A stretch of DNA of 49,618 nt from Dicyema japonicum (GCA_011109175.1 RDEW01000016.1:806705-856322); one strand, 5' to 3'. Counted from the first letter of the stretch, positions 23,657 through 35,890 are shown. The notes: generated by a model not told the origin, from the letters alone. A program made the numbers and translations.

Positions 23657-26600
23657 TTAAAAGAAGGTATCAAAAAATTTGGTTACATCATCAATTGAAA
23701 ATTGAAGAACAATTGAAGAGTCAGCATAACAATCTGTAAATAAATTATTTATGCTGTGAAACTGTCTCATAAACTCCTCTCTAATAAAACTCCAAAGCAC
23801 CTAAATTTCAAATAAAGATCACAGGTAGTAAATTGGCATCTTTAGAAATTTGCCTCTCAACCTTGCGATAAACATGCTCCAAACTTTCGAAAACCTAAAT
23901 AATATGAATTATTAAATAAACCTTTTTCGATTGATAATCTTTTATCAATTTTCGAGCTTCTCTTTTTGAAAAAGCCAGTTCGTAGCTGATATCGTCCATT
24001 TTAACGCCAACATCAATTCTCGCACAAATGGCTTTCAAAAATTCCTGTAACGTTATAAACCGATTTATACGTTGATTTTAAAAACGGAGTTTCCATAAGC
24101 ACTTCGATATAGGCATTTCTAGAATTGTCATATCTGGTTTTAGCTTCCTTAGTCTCAACGTCTAGATTTTTTATTTTTAACTTTTTAAGGACGTCTAATT
24201 TTTTAAATAATCCAACCAAGAAGACGGTGATAATTTTCTAAGCATAAATTATGTTTTTAAATAATAAAATTTAGTGAAATAATTGGAAAACAACTAACCA
24301 AGTCTGACGAGATGCTGTCTTGCTGTTTTGGGTTGTTCGATAGAAGTTTGCTCGATAAACTCGAAGACACTCTCTACCAGTCGATTGAAAGCTTTGAGAA
24401 CTTCAATTCTTTCAGAATAAGAAGTCATCAGAGATTTTGCCATTCCAGCAAAGGCCTAACAGTAAAAATTAAAAAAAAACGTAAAAATCAGCAATATGAG
24501 GTACGATGCCAAGATTTTTCTTTTTTGATAATTTATATTCTTTATAAGATTTTACTTTTTCCTCCTACAATCAGATCACAAAAATACAATAAACTGGTCA
24601 AACAGCCTCTTGGTGGTTATCAGCAATTTTGGAAGACCGAGTATTTCGGTGAATGACTTGGAGTAAAGCACCATTCGTGTCGAAAAAATAACAAACATAT
24701 TCAACGATAAACTAATTATTTAAAATTAAAAAAACGTCATAGAATGCTTTCCAGTAAAGTCGACCAACTGGGAAAATTGTTGTGTTAGGTTTGAAAACAT
24801 ATCAACCATTAGAGTCCTTAAAGTAACTAAATTCTGTTACTTTGAAAATGGGGATTTATCCAACAATGAAAAATAATTTTTTAGTTTTGTGTTGTCAGCT
24901 GGCTATTCCAAATTAGTATGATAAAAACCAAGTCTTCGTGTTTAGATTGTGGATCATCCTGGATGCCGTCGAAAAAATGACAGCAAAAATTGAGTTCACA
25001 AAAGCACATTTCCTCCACCGCATCCAAAAGTCTGTCAAGAGTCTAAACCAATATAAAAAATATTTACGTCGTTAAAATCATGAGACATATGCTGGCCAAT
25101 GGTAGAAAACCCGTCGTTTTGCAAATTTAACGTTCCAGAACGCTGTGATAAATTTTTAATCGAAGATGAAGAATGATTTACATTTGTTCCAGAAATTATA
25201 CAAAGAATAGAATTTTTGACAAATTCGACTAGGTTTTTTATCTGCCCTTGATAAATGGGCTTCATTGTCTTGGAGTAAATTTGAATAATATCGTTGAATA
25301 TCGGCATATCAATTGATTTTACCCACAGCATTAAATCAGTGTAGTTTATCAACTCTGAATGTTGCACGAAGTGAATTTCTGATAACAAATAGTGTTTTTC
25401 GCTGATTTTTTCATCCAATTCAGTTGCCTGAGAAAAAATATATTTATTTTACCTGTTCGTGAAAAATTCCATTTATTCTCCCGAAAAATCGTTTCACAAA
25501 TATTTCCTTGTGTGTCTGGAGGACTTTCATTTGTTCTTTCACTGCTTGTATATTCCTTAGTGCTAACTATTAATAATAGAAACTGACATTCAGGGATATC
25601 CACGGTGAGGCAGTCTTGAAGAGCCTTTGTAGCCGTAACGCATTTATTGATCCCAAAACCATCTCTCAGCTTGTCTTCTATTAAAGCATTCACGTGTTCA
25701 GGATCTAATGATAGTTTTTTCTAAATGCATTAAAAATAATTTTATGTAATAAAACATTAATTTAAAAAATACAATAAAATAATCTAGAAAATCGTATAGC
25801 CGTTGTTTGTTGTTGTATGAGAGCTGCCTTTCATACTCGGCTTTTTTCCTAGCTTCAATTCTTTTACATAACATCTAAGACTAATCGTCAAAAAAAACAT
25901 CAATGGATTCTCCGTATTTTTCCAAGTCCCTGTCAAACTCGTCAATTTTGGAGATACAATTGTCAAATTGAGTCAATAAATTTTTAATTAAATCTTGGGA
26001 ATTTAAAATTTCGTAGGAATTTTCCTGAATTTAAAATTTGTTTAATACTGAATCGAGAACTGAAACGCTGTCCATTATTTTTTCAAGAAACGATTCCGCG
26101 TTTATTATATCTTCGTCAAAATTCGAGAAAAGGTTAAGCAAGTCTTCATTTTGTTCCTCAGTCAGACCTACAATTGAATCTGCCTTGGATAGCTTGTAGT
26201 CTGACCTTTTGCGTATTCGATCACAACTTGATGATTTTTTAACTTGAATTGACAAAAACTATACTTTCGTCAATAATTTCGTCCAAATTTATGAAATCGG
26301 TGCTTTCATCATTCGAATGCGTTAGCTACAAAATGAAAAATTAAAAAACCATAAATAGGCATTCGACAAATTCCATTTTTTCGTGGTAAGACTCGAAAAT
26401 CCATTTATAAGGTTTTTCAAAATGAAAAGTTAAGCAAAAGTCGTTCTAAAGGTTAGCTAATGGGCATGCATGAGAATCTTGACCATCTATTGCAGTCAGG
26501 TCTATCAGCTGAAATTGTTTGTGCTTTAAATTATCTCTTTCTTTCGAAATAAAATGAATACTAATGCACTTTATGTTACCACTGTCATCTATTAGATAAA

Positions 26601-26716
26601 TTATCGTTGAGATTACTCGTTATGCATAAATAAGAATTTCCCTTCTTTGATGCCTTCTTGCCGGCACTTTGGTATAAAATATTTGAATTTGGAAAAAGAG
26701 GCTTTAAATCGGCCAT
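23657..26716 (-). CDS. EXOC1: Exocyst complex component 1 (Sec3), multi-exon
   Basis: Spliced segments match EXOC1 along its length: NSYLCIT, FHFEKPYKW, IINAESFLEK..VLD, GINKCVTATKALQDC, HSELINYTDLMLWVK, KNLGIVPHI, ENYH, KEAKTRY, DISYELAFSK.E.RKLIKDY, VLW..I.EEF.RQ, LQFSIDDV. Confidence 0.93.
26446..26469 (-). other. 24-nt GC-AG intron in EXOC1
   Basis: gcatgcccattagctaacctttag: GCATG donor, CTAAC branch motif, TAG acceptor. If retained, the TAG is an in-frame stop; removal joins DGQDSH to NDFCLTFHFEKPYKW. Confidence 0.8.
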
Positions 26717-26864
26717 TTTTTCAAAAAATCGTCGATGTAACAACCAAGAATGAGTTGAATTAAAATTTAATATTAATTTATTTAAAATCTTAAAAATTAA
26801 ATAAAAATAAATTAAATATCTATTTTTATAAACAATTTTTTTAAATTATGGTAATTATTATTAT

Positions 26865-27062
26865 TGAAGGTTCCACGCATATGCTTTGGCTTGACGAGTG
26901 ACGCCGTCATCAGTGAACACTTTACTGCGGAAACGGATCGTCTATAAAGGATATACACCCAAGAAAATGAAAACAAAGAAGTGAAGAGCATTCCTTGGTT
27001 CTCCCTCATCAATTAGCTATGATAACTGTTCTTTACTTAAAAATAAATTGTGTGTTCTGCAC
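26865..27062 (+). mobile_element. SINE family A, 5'-truncated
   Basis: gaaggttccacgcat..ggcttgacgagtgacgccgtcatcagtg..aagaagtgaagagcattccttg..tgtgtgttctgc. Confidence 0.75.
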
Positions 27063-27116
27063 AAGCGAAACCATAAACCAGTGTTTACTGGTAACGCGGA
27101 TGTGCTAAATAACTAT

Positions 27117-27860
27117 TACCGTATTTGTCGGTGTATAAGTCGACCCCCTACTATTTACCTTGTAGCCCTGTGATATTACGCGCCGAGAGAGACTAACAAC
27201 AATGAACATTCTTAGAAATTGATTTATTTTTAGTTAAGAAACAATGAATATAAAGTGCTTACATAGAGTTCAAAATCTGTCTTCATTAATTTTCGTTTAG
27301 TCTGTCGTCATAAAGGGCATCTTTTTGGTCTTCTTTATCCGCAGTTTCCTCCTCTTCCCAGATAAGGTCGTTTTCTGTTCCATCGAGAGCGTTGGAAATG
27401 CAGCATTTCTTAAAGGAGCGTTCTACAGTAGATAGCGACACATCATCCCACGACTGTTTAATCTATCCTGTTAGAGTTATCTTTTCCTCTAAATCTTTAG
27501 GCAGTTTCTGAGCAAGTTTTGTTTTTTGTCGTAGCACAAGGTCATTTCTCTTTAAAAATCGTGAACACAAACTTATAGTTTGTTTGGCACAAACCAAAGC
27601 TCGCAGACGATTCATATTTCTTATGACGACGAGCCCACACTTTCGTTGCTCCTCGACCCAACATACAAGTTCTTGTTCAAGTGCTGGCCACTGGCAGCAT
27701 TTCCCTCTATTAACACATTTGTTTCTTGGCATCACTGCTAGCTGTGTTGCATTGCGCTTCTAATCTCTTACTAGTTTCTCATTTACGCCAAACGTTCTTG
27801 AGGCAGCACAGTTGTAAGTTTACAACTTGCAGTTTGAACTTCGCAGAGTATTTCATACGT
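27117..27860 (-). mobile_element. Internally deleted pogo/Tigger (POGK-like) DNA transposon
   Basis: MKYSAKFKLQVV (Brinker-like DBD), WPALEQELVCWVEEQRKCG..RFLKRNDLVLRQKTKLAQKLP (CENP-B HTH), SFKKCCISNALDGTEND (C-terminus). One TIR-like end TA|ccgtatttgtcggtgtataagtcgac at 27117. Confidence 0.85.
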
Positions 27861-28214
27861 TTTCCTTTAATCTTGTTGGAATTTTATTTCCAATAAGACT
27901 TGGATGCTTTCTCTCAAGTTTTAGGCTTGAAACCACCCGAAAATAATGTTCCCTTTATAATTTGACTACATCGAAAGATATGATTGTGTTAAGATGAGCA
28001 AAAAGCGACGCTGTTACCTTTGATTGTTATTGACAAGAGTTACCTTCACTATTTCGGCATCGAAGTCCCGATATTCTGACGAATTTAAATTATCCACAGT
28101 AACTACAACCATATACAAGATGTGATAAAATTTTTGTTTTGAAGTTTTGTAATAATATTTTTAGAAGAAACCTCATTTATACAGATTAATTGAGGATTCC
28201 AAAACACACTAGAA

Positions 28215-28780
28215 CAGTGTTTCCCAACCTGGGTTCCGCAAAGATAAAAAAATCTTTTTAATTATTTTTTTCAAAATAATAATTTTTCAAAATGAATTAA
28301 TTTAATTTGCGTGTGTCTAAATGGAGTCTTGTGAAGTGAATATCTTAAAGTTCGATCGTATCGAGAAAGTTATATTACCTTTGGTTTCACATGGACTGGA
28401 GACGTAGATTGCACTCTACCACTTCGTGTTGTTTTGCGGTGAAGACGTAATTTATCCTATTCTGGCAAACAAAACTTTAAGAATTTTGGTCTAGTTTTCA
28501 ACGACTTATATCTGTGAAAGTGGATTTCTGCATTAACAAATATAAAGCATAAAAAATTCGCCAACCTACTGTATGTGGAAGAAGACCTGTGTTTATCCCT
28601 GTCAAGGCCAAATATTAAAGAGCTTTGCAAGAGACATCAGCCTCAACCATCTCACTACTAGCATTTTATTTTTCTTATTTTAGTAAAATACTGATAATTT
28701 TTAACAACTATATAAGGGTTCCGTATAAAATAAAAAAATGTCGATAGGTTCCGTGCTCTCAAAAAGGTTAGGAACCACTG
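28215..28780 (+). mobile_element. Non-autonomous hAT Charlie/Buster derivative with both TIRs
   Basis: TIRs cagtgtttcccaacct (28215) and aggttaggaaccactg (ending 28780). Transposase N-terminal (FGFTWTGD) and C-terminal (YICESGF..QPQPSH) remnants. Flanks cactagaa and aactagat (imperfect 8-bp TSD). Confidence 0.85.
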
Positions 28781-29299
28781 AACTAGATAGAAGAGATGTA
28801 TGATCACCAAGAAATAGATGATGATTCTTATCTTTTTTTCTTTGTCTCCTAAAATTAATAAATAAATACTCAAACCAAACGATAAACATATGAAGATTCT
28901 GTTTTCATAGCAATAAAACAGAATTGAATGCAATGATTTCTTTCAAATTGATTTATAAAAATTAGAAATTGACTGAGAACTTATATAAACCAAAGCTTAA
29001 ACCGTACAAAATAGCTGAACATTCGTGGATGGTCCCCTTCTGTATGTGAATATTTACTTCATGTTTAGTTATAGTAGACTACTGGCTAAAATGTTCTCTA
29101 TATGATGGGAGAATAATATCAATTAATTGTAGATAACTCTCACATAACACTACAATCAAATAAATCTCCCTTGTAAGGTAATTTCTAATGTGTCTCCTTG
29201 GCGCTGATAAATTGAAAAAATTTAAGATTTATATCCAAGTTTGAAATCAAGTATTAAGGTTTCTGAGGTGTTTGATGGCAGTCGTTCCATTGATCCAAT

Positions 29300-29495
29300 G
29301 TTCGGTCAGCCTGTATAGCATTTTATGGAGGAAGATCCCTTTCAACTACTGTGTCGTGCCAGAAAGACTCGTCTCCTCACGGGTGGAGTCTGTTTGACAA
29401 GAATTGATCTTCGCTGAAAACTCCATCATTCGGATTTGAACCCACGACCTTCAGATCCGATGTCATCATTACGTTCAGCAAAATGCCTAGTTGAA
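29300..29495 (-). mobile_element. tRNA-derived SINE family B
   Basis: gtcgtgggttcaaatccgaatgatggagttttcagcgaagatca..cagactccacccgt, shared with 7435-7580. Confidence 0.7.
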
Positions 29496-29951
29496 TAAGG
29501 ACGCGTAGTCGAATTAGGTGATTTCATGGTCATAATATAATGTGAATCAGGTGCCTGCATCATAAAAGGAAAAGATGCCTTTAATAACGAAAAGAAACGG
29601 ATATATTATCGAGATGAATCCAACAATACCTGGAAATGATGTGATGGAAGCATACCTCAACTGCATTAAATAATAGCAATTATATTAAATTGTTAATAAA
29701 TAATATTTTAATAATAATTTATTTAAAATCAACGTTTGATAATGCTGGTTAGCTTTATGGTTTACTTTAACATTTTATGTTAAATTTTATATTACCAGCT
29801 ACATTAAATCATGTATAACACACATTATTTTCGGATAATGTTTATGCGGCCTGATACATAATCTTCTTGTTTAATCGATTAATTTTATGTTAATGTAGAA
29901 ATGGTCATTTTTTGAAAATTCGATTTGATAGATTTCGAATCGAATCCAAGA

Positions 29952-30069
29952 TTTGTAGTAATATTTTTAGAAGAAAACCTTATTCATACAGATTAATTGA
30001 GGATTCCAAAACACACTAGAACAGTGTTTCCCAACCTGGGTTCCTCAAAGATCAAAAAAATCTTTTTAA
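29952..30069. repeat. 118-bp copy of about 28146-28262 flanked by an 18-bp direct repeat
   Basis: ttcgaatcgaatccaaga at 29934-29951 and 30070-30087. The insert reproduces the flank plus left TIR of the hAT element with a few mismatches. Confidence 0.9.
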
Positions 30070-30551
30070 TTCGAATCGAATCCAAGAAAAATCAAAATAA
30101 AAAACTAGACTCAATATGTAAACATCAATTTTTTTAAAGATACAATGAAAAGGAGAGAAGTTATTGAACAAATCCTCAAAATTAATCTAACGATGCAATG
30201 AAAGTTTACGTCGAGTGCAACTTATACATTTCATGTTGCATTTCAACAACGTTTAAGACTGCAATAATGAAGGTAAAAGACATACATACCCTTTTCAAAC
30301 CACATCCTTGAAGGAGAGCGGATGAATTTGACCTATAGGATCTTTTGTAGTGCTGCATAGGTGAACGAGAAGATCATAACTCTCTAATAGGTCTTTTTGA
30401 TATTATCGTTTTAAACATATAATGCTCCCAAGGTGGACTCGTCCATTCACCTGCTAAGAAGAGTTTAAAATTCGTCTGAAAAATTTTCAAAGTAAGATTC
30501 TTCCTTGGAACGAAGTCGAAAGCTATGCAAAAGTCAAATGAGCATTATACG

Positions 30552-30648
30552 GACTTCTGATGTCAGGACTTGTGGGAGAAGCCGAGGAATTTAAGTCATT
30601 CAATGAGATGACTTTTGATGTCTGGACTTGTGGGAGAAGCGAGGAATT
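30552..30648. repeat. Two direct repeats of about 40 bp separated by 18 bp
   Basis: gactt(c/t)tgatgtc(a/t)ggacttgtgggagaagc(c)gaggaatt at 30552-30591 and 30610-30648. Confidence 0.85.
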
Positions 30649-31449
30649 GACGTCTGCATGAGCAGACTGGTTTGAGCAAAAAATCAAATTGGTTAGAAAT
30701 TAATCAGATTCTAAATTTTGTAACAAAGAAATTAATTATAACGATTCTAAATTGCAATGAATTAAAATCTTTTATACACAAATGTTTAGATTTCAATTTG
30801 GACATGTCGAAATAAAGTTTAATCAAACAATTGAGATTAGATTAAGACACTGTGATAAGACAAAAATGTGGGGGAAACAAAATTAAGTCAACGAAGTATT
30901 AAGCACTAGTCGAAAAAACATTTTAACAACTTTTGAGCATCTACTTAAACTTGTATGAGAAGTTCAAAAAGATATTCTGGACACTTCTAGTAATTAGTCT
31001 CCAGAGTCTGAAATGGTAGTATTTTTAGTTTTTACTAAGCAAAACAGAGAAAATCGATCGCATTTATAATTTCTATAAGGGTTAATGAGTCAGTCATTCA
31101 TAGTTAGTTAAACGTTTTACAAGATCTTATCTACAAGAGATTAAAAGATGAAAACTTTAATAATAAAGTTTTTGTAGAAGTGCAGTAATATTTCCACAAC
31201 TAACCTCCACATAGACAGACAAAAACTTTAAAGTGGTGTGATGTGATTTACCTGTCTCATATGGCGCCAGTACCAAAAAGATCATTTGTTCTTCACCAAT
31301 CGACTGGACGGATTCTCGCTATTCTAAGGAACGGATGTTTTCTACCTTTTATTCTTGTTCTGGGTGGACTTGTGTGATATTGAAAGGACTGTTTCTGTGA
31401 TAGTGGAAACTGGATACGCTTAATTAGTTGCTAATTGTTAACTTCTATC

Positions 31450-31735
31450 TAGGTGACACACAATTATTTTAAAAGATAAAAACAGTTATGCTAATTATTG
31501 GAAGGGTCTAAGCCATCAGGACTGTTCTTAACTTATTTTTTTGGTTAGCGTAAGTCCCAGTAGACAATCTGGTTCCGACGTGATTTTTCACTGATGACAG
31601 CCTCACTCGTCAAACCAAAAGGAAGCCTATATGTATGGAACCTTCAATTAATAGAAAACAGCGATATTCGAAGCACATGAATTCTGACAGGTACTTATAA
31701 CACTGTCATCCGCCTTTAGCACAACTATTTTATAA
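31450..31735 (-). mobile_element. SINE family A, diverged full-length copy
   Basis: B-box-like gcttcgaatatcgctg, then tgaaggttccatacat, ttgacgagtgaggctgtcatcagtg and the family tail. Confidence 0.7.
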
Positions 31736-31820
31736 ACAAAGCAAAGCAAAAAATTAAGAAATTTAAACAAATAAAATTAAGTCAGCCAAAAATTTTAAAA
31801 TTAAAAAGAAACCAAAATGT

Positions 31821-32140
31821 TTAGTTATTAGCCAACAATTCGTCGACAATTTCAATATAGTTTTTCATAGCGTCTTCTTTCACCATCCCTTTAAGAGAAT
31901 TCCACGAATTCCATTTCGCACGCTCTTTGAAGGATAAAATTCCTGGACAGTCTATTATAAAATAATCAATTAAAATCACCTGTGTTGCAATCCCCAAAAT
32001 TGGTTTGTTTGTACAATCCGTATAATTTCAATAATTCGTCATCTGTTGGTTTTTTATTCAGTTTTGTTACAGCTTCAACCTTCTCATTAAAATTCTAAGG
32101 ATTTAAATATAAACTTAATCACGTCTACAAGATCAGACAT
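31821..32140 (-). CDS. DBI: Acyl-CoA-binding protein (87 aa), two 28-nt introns
   Basis: MSDLVD|[38 protein letters not shown]|[43 protein letters not shown]. No indels. Confidence 0.97.
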
Positions 32141-32239
32141 AATCACCAAAGTCAACGTATCCAAAATTTTAATTTTTAATTTGTAATTAAGTAATTTAAT
32201 TGAATTTATTTCTTTATTAAATTAACACAGTCAATCATC

Positions 32240-32390
32240 CAACGTGGACCCCGCCAACATTGCGTTGCCGATTGCAACAGAGATCAACTGGAGAAGTCAC
32301 CGTCCATGTTTTTTTAGAAGCGAAGCGATTTTCTACTTATTCCTCCAGTTGTCTAGACCACAATGGGATAGAAAGTGAATCGATCGTGCA
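32240..32390 (-). mobile_element. Degenerate CRE 3' end
   Basis: LLQLISVAIGNAMLAG matches the terminus of the 11880-12545 subfamily. Confidence 0.5.
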
Positions 32391-32999
32391 ATTTATTTTT
32401 TATATAAAATATCACAGCTAAATATGTTATTCCACTCAATTAATAGATGTAACTAGTAATAAAATACTATTTACAGAGAAACGAGGAGGACTCTAGCACA
32501 ATTAAGTTCTGGACACTTCCTCGTAAGAAATGAACCTGGCTTTTGGCTTCCTCCATTGGACCAATTATCATTGATTATACAATAAGCTTTCTCCAGCCAA
32601 GAAACTCCGGTGATATCAGATACCTATGGAAGCGTGAGCCAACTTACGTACACTGGTTGATGTAAAAGATGTCCTATATTCCTTTTGCAACCTTTCTGAG
32701 TTGACATCAAATCATTTTTGAATGTCCCAAATTAGTACACTGTTCGTCTACAATGCTAAGACTGATCGATCTATGAGAGCGACCGGCATTTGCTGCGTCC
32801 TATTTAATAGCCGCTGATCTTCTACAAGTTAGTGAGGCCGAGGTTACTTAAATAACTAATTATTTATCCTGTTAGACACCACACTCTTTTCGAGATTGTG
32901 ATTTTCGGAGATTATCTAGATCGTCTGCGTCTTCTAATACAATTTTTGACATGCTTAGGTCGTTGTTTATCACTGATGCCAATGTTTTCCGTGACTCAC

Positions 33000-33540
33000 C
33001 TCTAATAGCCCTTGAGCAGAAAAAGTATGATTAAATAATATCGCTAGCAAGAACGGCAGGATTCATTTTTTAAGCGCTGCAATAATTGTTTGTTAAATAA
33101 TTGTTCAATGGAATAATTGGGTAGTATTTTGGATTTTAAATCAAGCCCATATGTATATTTAATGGCATGTCTCCTAGATCTATCGAGAAGTTCGACGAGA
33201 ATACATCCTCATGACATTCAAACCAATCTGGGAAGCCATAGATCAGGAATGGTTCTATACTAGCAGTATATACATAGAGAAAAGATTTCGGAATCATAGA
33301 AGCGATTTCAACATCGCAGTAGCTTTTTTCTTCTGTTCTAGATGTGCTCTTTAAAAGAACCTTTTGAATTCACACACACTCCAAGATATTGCAAGCGATC
33401 CATAGATTTGATTGCTCCACTATTCAAACAAATATTAGACTTTTTCCTGTTTTTGACAATCCAGAATACAGTATATTTTTTGGGAAATAAAGATAAACCT
33501 TTATCTCGACACAAACTTTCAATTTTTTTCAAAATGAAAT
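33000..33540 (-). mobile_element. LINE RT C-terminal remnant
   Basis: CRDKGLSLFPKK..DRLQYLGVCVNSKGSFKEHI..YTASIEP..YG. Confidence 0.65.
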
Positions 33541-33544
33541 TTGG

Positions 33545-35890
33545 AAAAACACGTGTGGTTTTGTGGTGAGTAATTGTATCATCATGGGCCGTACTACATG
33601 CTCTACATGCGGTTATGCTAATGCACGCAAATATGGACTTTTCTGCTCGTCTGCGGTGACTTTTTCCACCTTGGGTGCATAAAGATGTCTCAGCGGGCTG
33701 CGTGCTCGCTCTGCCTGTGGAACTGCAGTGTCTGCATGGGAACTGGTCGGAAAACCCAGAGGATCATTCCAAACGAGCACATCGAACCAAATGAGCCTCT
33801 AGACTTCAATGATATGGACAACCTCTTGCTCTTCTTGTCGGATCTAAGGAAACAAGGAAGATCCCAATCAGGATCCTAAGACCCGTCCGGATCCCCGCGG
33901 CTACATGGATGGACTCTGCAATTGACGATGCTCTCACGTCCGAAGACCTGGAGGCCTGGCTAAAACTCCTCAGTTTTGCTCCGATGGCCCTTGGAATTCC
34001 ACTTATCGACTCAAAGGGAGATCAACGGAATACAGAGGAAAGCATGACACTTGGAAACTCCCTTTCCTCAAAAATGAAGAAGAACATTCAAGTTTTCTAT
34101 TTGCATTCTCTCACCAAGACGGAAGTCAAGAAATCAAGACATTCTGATTCCAATCCTCCGGTTTATTTGAATGGCCCGGAGAAACTTGAGAAAGAGTAAA
34201 CCGCAAACTATTGAAGGCGACGTCCGAGCGGCGTTGCCCGTCGTCGCCAGTGACGAAACTGTTATGGCTGCGACACCTGAGGTGCTGGAACTAATCAGAC
34301 AAAACATCCATGTGCTCCGGCAGATTACGCCCATTCGTGCTTCGGAAATTTGTCAAGGATGACCGTCACCGAAGGCGAAGTGCGGCTTTTCGTCGTTTGT
34401 GGCGAGTAGCAGTGGAGGTATCGATGGCTTGCGGCCGGGTCACATCAAGGATCTTACAACTGAGGCTACTGCAGAAGCTGGTTGCAACCTTGTCAAATCA
34501 ATTACAAAACTGGTTTATGCGTATTTTGAACGGAGATATTCTTTCCCACGCAAGGGAGCTTTTCAGTGCACATCTACTGGCCTTAAAAAACCGAAGGTGG
34601 TGTCCGCCCCATCGCGGTCGGCAACTATTTCAGAAGACTGACAGCGAAAGTCGTACACAGTATTGTCTGTTTGAGAATTTCTGAAGAATTTTCCCCCTTT
34701 AACTGCGGGTGTAAGGAACGGATGCGAGACGGCAGTGTATGCTGCGAGGTGTTTTTTTGGACAGAAAGACGTACAAAACCCACACATTGGGGTCAAGTTG
34801 GACATCTGCAATGCTTTCAATTCACTGAGGAGGGATCAAATTTTCGAAACTACAAGCAAACGAGCCCCGGAACTTATTCCATTTGTCTTCCTCGCTTACG
34901 GAACCAATTCTTCACTGGTTTTCGGGGAAAAGATTATCTGTTCGGAGACCGGAGTTCAACAAGGGGACCCACTTGGTCCACTACTCTTCGCTTCTGGCCA
35001 TCGATGAAATTGTCAGCTCTATAAACACACAACTAAACCTCTGGTATCTATCCGGACTTTCTTGGGAAAGAGTCTTCGACGAACCTCGTCGCAAATGGTG
35101 TGAAACTGGTTTGGATGTGCCGAACGAGGCGACGTGACTGGGGTGATATCTACTTCAAGAATATCTTCGACGTGCTAAAGTCTGAAGCCCAACCAGCATC
35201 GTCTTGCATGCCTCGTGTTTGCCGCCAACCATGGGAGCGGAGCGTGGCTGGATGCACTCCCGTGTTCCTCCCTGGGGACCCTTTTGGACGATGACTGTAT
35301 TCGGATTGGGATCGCACAACGCCTGGGAGTTGATGTTTGCGTCGAACACCAATGTCGTTGAGGAGGAATCGTCGATGCCAAAGGGCTGCACCCGCTTTCG
35401 TGCAAAAGCCATGCTGCTATGAACAACATTGTGATGCGAGCTCTTGAAGCGGCAGGCTTCCCGGCAGTACTGGAGCCTGTGGGATTGGACCGCGGAGATG
35501 GGAAAAGACCGAATGGGTTGACTATCATTCCGTTCACTGAAGGAAAATCGCTCGTATGGGACTTCACTGTTGTGGATTCTTTCTCGAATTCGATGAATCA
35601 GCTCGGCGTAGTCTGCTGGGTCGGCAGCCAATCTGGCCAAGAAAATCAAGATTAAAAAATATGGCGAAATTGGAGACCGCGATTGTTTTGTACCGGTAGC
35701 AATCAAGACGTCTGGTGCGGCCGGAAGTATTACAGCCTCATTCCTAAAGGAAATCGGGAGGAAATTGGCCCACCGCAAAAAAGACGTGCGGGAAGCGGTC
35801 TGGCTGAGGCAAAGAATTGGTATCGCAGTTGTCCGCAGAAACACTTACTCCGTGATATCAGCAGCCGCTCTCCCCTATAGTTAATAAATA
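33545..35890 (+). mobile_element. CRE-clade retrotransposon with N-terminal PHD-like finger, internally deleted and frameshifted
   Basis: ATG 33584: CSTC..C(S)C.DFFH.GC..W.C..C. RT motifs GGIDGLRP.H.KD, KLDI.NAFNS..R, GVQQGDPLGPLLF, LNLWYL. RLE motifs GAWL.A.P, EPVGLDRGDGKRPNG..WD.T..D. Confidence 0.88.

Noticed and set aside
30552-30648. CRISPR-like repeat-spacer-repeat (also 37293-37368)
   Set aside because: Only two units, eukaryotic context, no cas genes. Simple duplication explains both.
35155-35844. 229-aa minus-strand ORF and other long antisense ORFs over CRE/RTE copies (e.g. 22979-23416, 22214-22535, 43240-43569)
   Set aside because: They are shadow ORFs opposite GC-richer retroelement coding sequence with no recognisable domains.
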